The translations under genes were made by a program, and so were the position numbers. The notes beneath the pieces are model-generated. The model worked only from the letters and a program-made list of their open reading frames with translations, made no database searches and was not told the origin of the DNA. Below, in pieces: positions 59,203 through 64,000 of a stretch of DNA of 64,000 nt. Numbering within the stretch: position 1 is the first letter of the stretch; the number at the start of each line of letters is the position of its first letter. Source of the stretch: an uncultured delta proteobacterium (GTDB lineage Bacteria > Desulfobacterota > Desulfobacteria > Desulfobacterales > UBA2156); NCBI GenBank assembly GCA_963736855.1, contig CAVTQK010000009.1, forward strand, positions 288,001-352,000. Direction: 5' to 3'.

Positions 59203-61332
59203 ATGCGCATGAATAGTGACACCTTCAAGGACATCGAGAAGCTCGAATCCGACCTCTGGGAGGCTGCCGACAACCTGCGGGCCAACTCCAAACTGACCTC
59301 CAGCGATTACTTCATGCCGGTGCTTGGTGTGATCTTTTTACGTCATGCGACCAATCGTTTCGACGCAGCCCACCGACAGATCAAGGCCGACCAGACCGGC
59401 GGCAAGATGCCCAAGCGAAAGGTCCTGCCGGCCGACTACATCGCGCGTCGAGCACTTTACCTTCCTGAACCGTCGCGCTACGACTGGATCATGCAGCAGG
59501 CCGCCGTCAGCGGCGTCGACCTACCCCGGATAGTCACCGAGGCCATGACCGCCATCGAGGCGTCGTTCGAGCCGCTCGTGGGAATCTTGCCCAAGGATTA
59601 CGGCATCTTCGAGCCCAAGGTGCTCGAAGACCTTATGCGCCTATTCAACAGCGAACGCATCCGGCAGGCCAACGGCGATGTCTTTGGCCGTATCTACGAA
59701 TACTTTCTGGCGAAGTTCTCGATCCAGAAGGCCCACGACAACGGCGAGTTCTTCACGCCGTCCTCGCTCGTGCAGACCATCGTCAACGTGATCGAGCCCG
59801 ACCATGGTACCGTGTTCGATCCGGCCTGTGGTTCGGGCGGAATGTTCGTACAGTCGAGCCACTTCATCGAGCACGAGGGCGGCGACACGGCCAAGAAGGT
59901 CGTCTTCTACGGCCAGGAGAAGAACCGTGACACCATCCGCATCGCCAAGATGAACCTCGCGGTGCATGGGCTGGAAGGCAAGATCGCCGAGGCCATCACC
60001 TACTACCAGGACGAGCACAACCTCGCGGGCCAGTGCGACTTCGTGATGGCCAACCCGCCCTTCAACGTGGATCTGGTGGACGCCGAGCGCATCAAGGGCG
60101 ACCCGCGCCTGCCCTTCGGCCTGCCGGGCGTGAACAAGCAGAAGAAGGTCGGAAACGGCAACTACCTCTGGATCTCCTATTTCTGGGGCTACCTCTCCCC
60201 AAAGGGCCGCGCCGGCTTTGTCATGTCCTCCCAGGCCTCCAGTGCCGGACATGGCGAAAAGGAGGTGCGCCGCAAGATCGTGGAGACGGGCGACGTGGAT
60301 GTGATGATCTCCATCCGCTCCAACTTCTTCTACACGCGGACGGTTCCGTGTGAGTTGTGGCACTTCGACCGGGCCAAGCCGCCCGAGCGCAGGGACAAGG
60401 TGCTGATGCTCGACGCTCGCAATGTCTTTCGCAAGGTCACGCGCAAGATCTACGATTTTTCGCCCGAACAAATGCACAACCTCGCGGCGATTGTCTGGCT
60501 CTATCGAGGGCAGCAGCAGCGCTTTCTCTCTCTGGTGAAGGATTACCTCAGCCGGGTCTGCGCCGAGAGCGCCGTCATCCCTGGGACTCTGACATCCTTC
60601 CAAAACACGCTCGCGGATTTACGCGACAGCTTCGATGCGCTGGCCAAGGCGACGGCGAAACACGCCGAGCTCGATGACGCGAAAAAACAGGCGCTCGCCG
60701 ATGCCGTGGCGGAACTGCGCGAAGCCGACGCACTATACAAGACCGACGCGCAAAAACTCCTCGTGAGTTTCGCAGCATTCGGCCGCAAGCATATCAAGAC
60801 GCTGCCCGGGAATAACGACGCCCAGCACGCGGCACGCAAAGCCTTCGACCCGCATGCCGAGGCGATTCGTGGCCTCGCCAAGCAGGTGGACCTGCTCTAC
60901 AAGCTCGCCGCGCGCGTGGCGGACCTGGGCGCGGAACTGGCAGCGGAAGATACGATCTCCGCCGTTTACGACCGGCGCGCCACGGGGCGGCTGGTCAAGC
61001 AGCTCGACTCGGAGCGGAAGGCCACGGTCGAGCAGTTGAAGCGTGCCGTCTATTTCCACCGGCAGGTGGTGTGGTTGCAGGACCGTTTCCCCAAGACCGA
61101 GCTGCAAGCCGTGCCCGGGCTGGTGAAACTGGTGGACCGCGCGGAGATTGAAGCCGCCGACTGGAGCCTTACCCCCGGCCGCTACGTGGGCGTGGCTCCG
61201 CCCGAGGAGGACGAGGACTTCGACTTCGAGCAGACCATCCGCGACATCCACACCGAGCTGGCAGAGCACAACAAGGAGGCGGCGGAATTAGCGGCGAAAA
61301 TCCAGGCAAACTTCGAGGGGTTGGGGATATGA
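59203..61332 (+). CDS. hsdM: Type I restriction-modification methyltransferase subunit
   Basis: LWEAADNLR, GRIYEYFL, GEFFTP, DPACGSGGMF, ANPPFN, WSLTPGRYVG. Confidence 0.93.
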   Translation: MRMNSDTFKDIEKLESDLWEAADNLRANSKLTSSDYFMPVLGVIFLRHATNRFDAAHRQIKADQTGGKMPKRKVLPADYIARRALYLPEPSRYDWIMQQAAVSGVDLPRIVTEAMTAIEASFEPLVGILPKDYGIFEPKVLEDLMRLFNSERIRQANGDVFGRIYEYFLAKFSIQKAHDNGEFFTPSSLVQTIVNVIEPDHGTVFDPACGSGGMFVQSSHFIEHEGGDTAKKVVFYGQEKNRDTIRIAKMNLAVHGLEGKIAEAITYYQDEHNLAGQCDFVMANPPFNVDLVDAERIKGDPRLPFGLPGVNKQKKVGNGNYLWISYFWGYLSPKGRAGFVMSSQASSAGHGEKEVRRKIVETGDVDVMISIRSNFFYTRTVPCELWHFDRAKPPERRDKVLMLDARNVFRKVTRKIYDFSPEQMHNLAAIVWLYRGQQQRFLSLVKDYLSRVCAESAVIPGTLTSFQNTLADLRDSFDALAKATAKHAELDDAKKQALADAVAELREADALYKTDAQKLLVSFAAFGRKHIKTLPGNNDAQHAARKAFDPHAEAIRGLAKQVDLLYKLAARVADLGAELAAEDTISAVYDRRATGRLVKQLDSERKATVEQLKRAVYFHRQVVWLQDRFPKTELQAVPGLVKLVDRAEIEAADWSLTPGRYVGVAPPEEDEDFDFEQTIRDIHTELAEHNKEAAELAAKIQANFEGLGI

Positions 61333-62474
61333 CAAAACCAAAGAATAGTGGATCAGACACCTCCGATGCACGCATGTCGCGTGGACGCATCCGCAATGGC
61401 GCATCTTTCCCTGCGCCGCCTTCCCGCGCGGGATTACCTGCGGGTTACGCTGCATTGCTGGAAAAGATCAAAGAGCGTATCAGCACTGAGCGGCTCAAGG
61501 CGGTCATGGCCGCCAACTCCGCCATGGTGCTGCTTTACTGGGACATCGGAAACATGATTCTGGACCGGCAACAAAAGGAAGGCTGGGGCGCGAAGGTGAT
61601 AGACCGCCTTTCCGCAGACCTTCGCCGGGCGTTTCCGGACATGACCGGCCTGTCGCCCCGGAATCTCAAGTACATGCGGAGCTTTGCCGCTGCCTGGCCG
61701 GATGCGGCAATTGTGCAAGAGGCGCTTGCACAAATCACCTGGTATCATAATCTGGCGTTGATGGAGAAACTGGATACTCCTGAAGATCGCCTTTGGTATG
61801 CTGCAAAGACGATCGAAAATGGCTGGTCCCGTAACATCCTCGCTTTGCAGATTGAATCCCGCGCTCACGAACGCCACGGAAAGGCCGTGAACAACTTTGC
61901 CGTCACCCTGCCGCCCGCCGATTCCGACATGGCCGCCCAGGTTTTCAAGGACCCATACCTCTTCGACTTTCTCGGCACCGCCGATCCGCGCCGCGAGCGG
62001 GAGGTCGAGCAGGCCCTGGTGGACCACATCCAGCGATTTTTGCTGGAACTCGGGGCGGGATTTGCCTTCGTCGGACGGCAAGTCCATCTGGAGATCGGCG
62101 ACCACGATTTCTACGTTGATCTGCTGTTCTACCACCTGAAGTTGCGCCGCTATGTAGTGGTGGAACTTAAAGCAGTGCCCTTTGACCCGGGCTTTGTCGG
62201 AAAACTGAACATGTATCTTTCCGCTGTGGACGATCTGTTGAAGCATCCGGATGACCAACCGGCCATCGGCCTGCTCCTCTGCCGCTCCAAGAATAAGCTC
62301 ATCGTCGAGTATGCCCTGCGCGGCTTCACCCGACCCATCGGCGTGGCCGAATGGGAGACCCGCCTGACCAAGAGCCTCCCCAAGGAACTCAGAGGCAGCC
62401 TGCCGACCGTGAAGGAGATCGAGGCGGAATTGGCGGTGAAAATTCAGGAGAACGTCGAGGAGTTTGGAGCATGA
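61329..62474 (+). CDS. YhcG / DUF1016 family PD-(D/E)xK nuclease-domain protein
   Basis: LYWDIG, GWGAKVIDRLS.DL, FKDPY.FDFL, LLELG.GFAFVGRQ, DLLFYH, VVVELK. Confidence 0.92.
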   Translation: MTKPKNSGSDTSDARMSRGRIRNGASFPAPPSRAGLPAGYAALLEKIKERISTERLKAVMAANSAMVLLYWDIGNMILDRQQKEGWGAKVIDRLSADLRRAFPDMTGLSPRNLKYMRSFAAAWPDAAIVQEALAQITWYHNLALMEKLDTPEDRLWYAAKTIENGWSRNILALQIESRAHERHGKAVNNFAVTLPPADSDMAAQVFKDPYLFDFLGTADPRREREVEQALVDHIQRFLLELGAGFAFVGRQVHLEIGDHDFYVDLLFYHLKLRRYVVVELKAVPFDPGFVGKLNMYLSAVDDLLKHPDDQPAIGLLLCRSKNKLIVEYALRGFTRPIGVAEWETRLTKSLPKELRGSLPTVKEIEAELAVKIQENVEEFGA

Positions 62475-63605
62475 GATGGCAACTTCATCAGTTGCAGGAC
62501 CTTTGTGCCGAAATGACATCTGGAGGCACTCCGTCTACCTCGCAGTCTCAATACTACGGAGGGGATATCCCGTGGCTACGAACGCAGGAGGTCAATTTCA
62601 ATCGAGTTACCGACACAGAGATCACGATCACCGAGGACGGCCTAATCAACTCAACCGCGAAGTGGATTCCAGAGAACAGCGTAATCATTGCGATGTATGG
62701 GAATTCTGCAGGGAGAGTGGCCACCAACCAGATTCCACTGACTACGAACCAGGCGTGCTGTAACTTGATCGTTGACCCTCGAAAGGCCGACTACCGGTTC
62801 ATCTATTATCGGTTAATGCTCGACTATGACGTCCTGCATCAAATGGCAAAAGGCTCGGCTCAGAACAACCTCAATGCAGGCCAGATCAAGGCTTACGCAA
62901 TCCAGACGCCGACAGTCGAAGTGCAAGAGCGCATCGCCGACATCCTCTCCGCCTACGACGACCTGATCGAGAACAACCGGCGGCGGATGGCGCTGTTGGA
63001 GGAGGCGGCGCGGCAGCTCTACCGCGAGTGGTTCGTCCGCCTGCGCTTCCCCGGCCACGAGCACACCCGCATCACCAACGGTGTGCCGGAGGGGTGGGAG
63101 CGACAGCCCTTCGAAACAGCTCTCGTCCTTCAGCGTGGTTTCGACCTGCCTATTCAAGAATAGAGAAGATGGCGATGTGCCGATTTATGGCTCAACCGGC
63201 ATTAACGGATTCCACAGCAAGGCAAAAGTTACAGGTCCAGGTGTGGTGACGGGACGAAGTGGCACGTTGGGTGAGGTGCATTACATACCGCGTGACTTTT
63301 GGCCCTTGAACACAGCACTGTGGGTTAAAGAGTTTAAGCGTGTCACACCGCTTTTCGCTATGTTTTTGATGCGTGAGATGGACCTTAGGCAGTATAATGG
63401 TGGGGTTTCGGTTCCGACTCTCGATCGAAAAACGGTGCATAAGGCGGAAGTGTTGATACCTTCGAAGCGGCTGGTGATATCCTTCGAGGAGTTTGCCTCG
63501 CCACTTTTTCATCAGATCGGTACATTGACCGCGCAAACCGAGAAACTCCGCGCGGCCCGCGATCTCTTGTTGCCGCGCCTGATGAGCGGGGAGATCGCCG
63601 TATGA
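62471..63605 (+). pseudogene. hsdS: Type I R-M specificity subunit, +1 frameshift near 63156 (in-frame TAG at 63161-63163)
   Basis: SGGTPS, NQAC, Q.RIADILSAYDDLIENNRRR, VPEGWE; second frame VPIYGSTG...RDLLLPRLMSGEI; span 1135 nt = 3n+1. Confidence 0.88.
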
Positions 63606-63621
63606 TGGGAGCCACAGCGCC

Positions 63622-64000
63622 ATGATCACCGATATCAACAGCGAAGACCGCCTTGTCCAGCAGACCTTTGCGGACCACCTCCGCGACCGGCTCGGCTGGG
63701 AAAGCGTTTATGCTTACAACGCCGAGACCTTCGGGCCGCAGGGCACTTTGGGGCGGGCCTCCGAGCGCGAGGCGGTACTGGTGCGCGATCTGCGTGCGGC
63801 CCTTGGGCACCTGAATCCGGGCCTGCCCGAATCTGCCCGAGAACAGGCTGTCGAAAAGCTGGCTCGCATCGATTTTTCCCGTTCGCTCGTCCAGCATAAC
63901 CGCGAATATTACGGCTTCATTCGTGGCGGGGTGCCGGTGGAGTGGCGGGATGCAAAGGGCGAAACCCGGCACGCCCGGGCGCAGGTGATCGACTTTCGCA
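63622..64000 (+). CDS. hsdR: Type I R-M restriction subunit, N-terminal part (runs off window)
   Basis: MITDINSEDRLVQQTFA..LGWE...LGR....LNP.LP...N...GVPVE...VIDF; follows hsdS. Confidence 0.85.
   Translation, partial: MITDINSEDRLVQQTFADHLRDRLGWESVYAYNAETFGPQGTLGRASEREAVLVRDLRAALGHLNPGLPESAREQAVEKLARIDFSRSLVQHNREYYGFIRGGVPVEWRDAKGETRHARAQVIDFR

Noticed and set aside
57371..62519. Long antisense ORFs (57371-58312, 59641-60603, 61434-62519) and similar shadows such as 50099-51001
   Set aside because: They lie opposite well-supported genes in GC-rich DNA and carry no motifs
1..64000. CRISPR array, rRNA, tRNA-Sec/sel genes, intact transposase or integrase
   Set aside because: None recognised by eye in this window; the Sec machinery must lie elsewhere if the selenoprotein calls are right

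Overview
A bacterial chromosome segment whose gene content suggests a sulfate-reducing Desulfobacterota/deltaproteobacterium; this taxonomy is inferred. About 1-49.6 kb is mostly core or housekeeping genes: an Opp/Dpp ABC ATPase pair, argJ, truA, a kdsD-pfk pair, waaA, panP, recN, a Fur-FeoA fusion, and an unusual PPDK-like/GAPDH-like pair. tRNA-Asn(GTT) at 49649-49724 is followed by an accessory region. The main signal missed by the ORF track is selenocysteine (UGA) recoding. A minus-strand operon (trxB-arsR-tsoA-J domain-tsoB-tsoC-tsoC'-DedA/TVP38-DsrE-sterol desaturase-like, about 50.1-56.9 kb) encodes four predicted selenoproteins with five in-frame UGA codons. Each gene has a SECIS-like hairpin after its UGA, and one is a rhodanese-DsbD fusion with a U-x4-U active site. 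A fifth, 60-aa dual-CxxC selenoprotein lies upstream of truA. The window ends in an XRE-hsdM-yhcG-hsdS-hsdR type I restriction-modification locus. Four genes each carry a single +1 insertion, probably from sequencing error. MITE/REP-like intergenic repeats are present. All family assignments come from motif recognition, not database searches.
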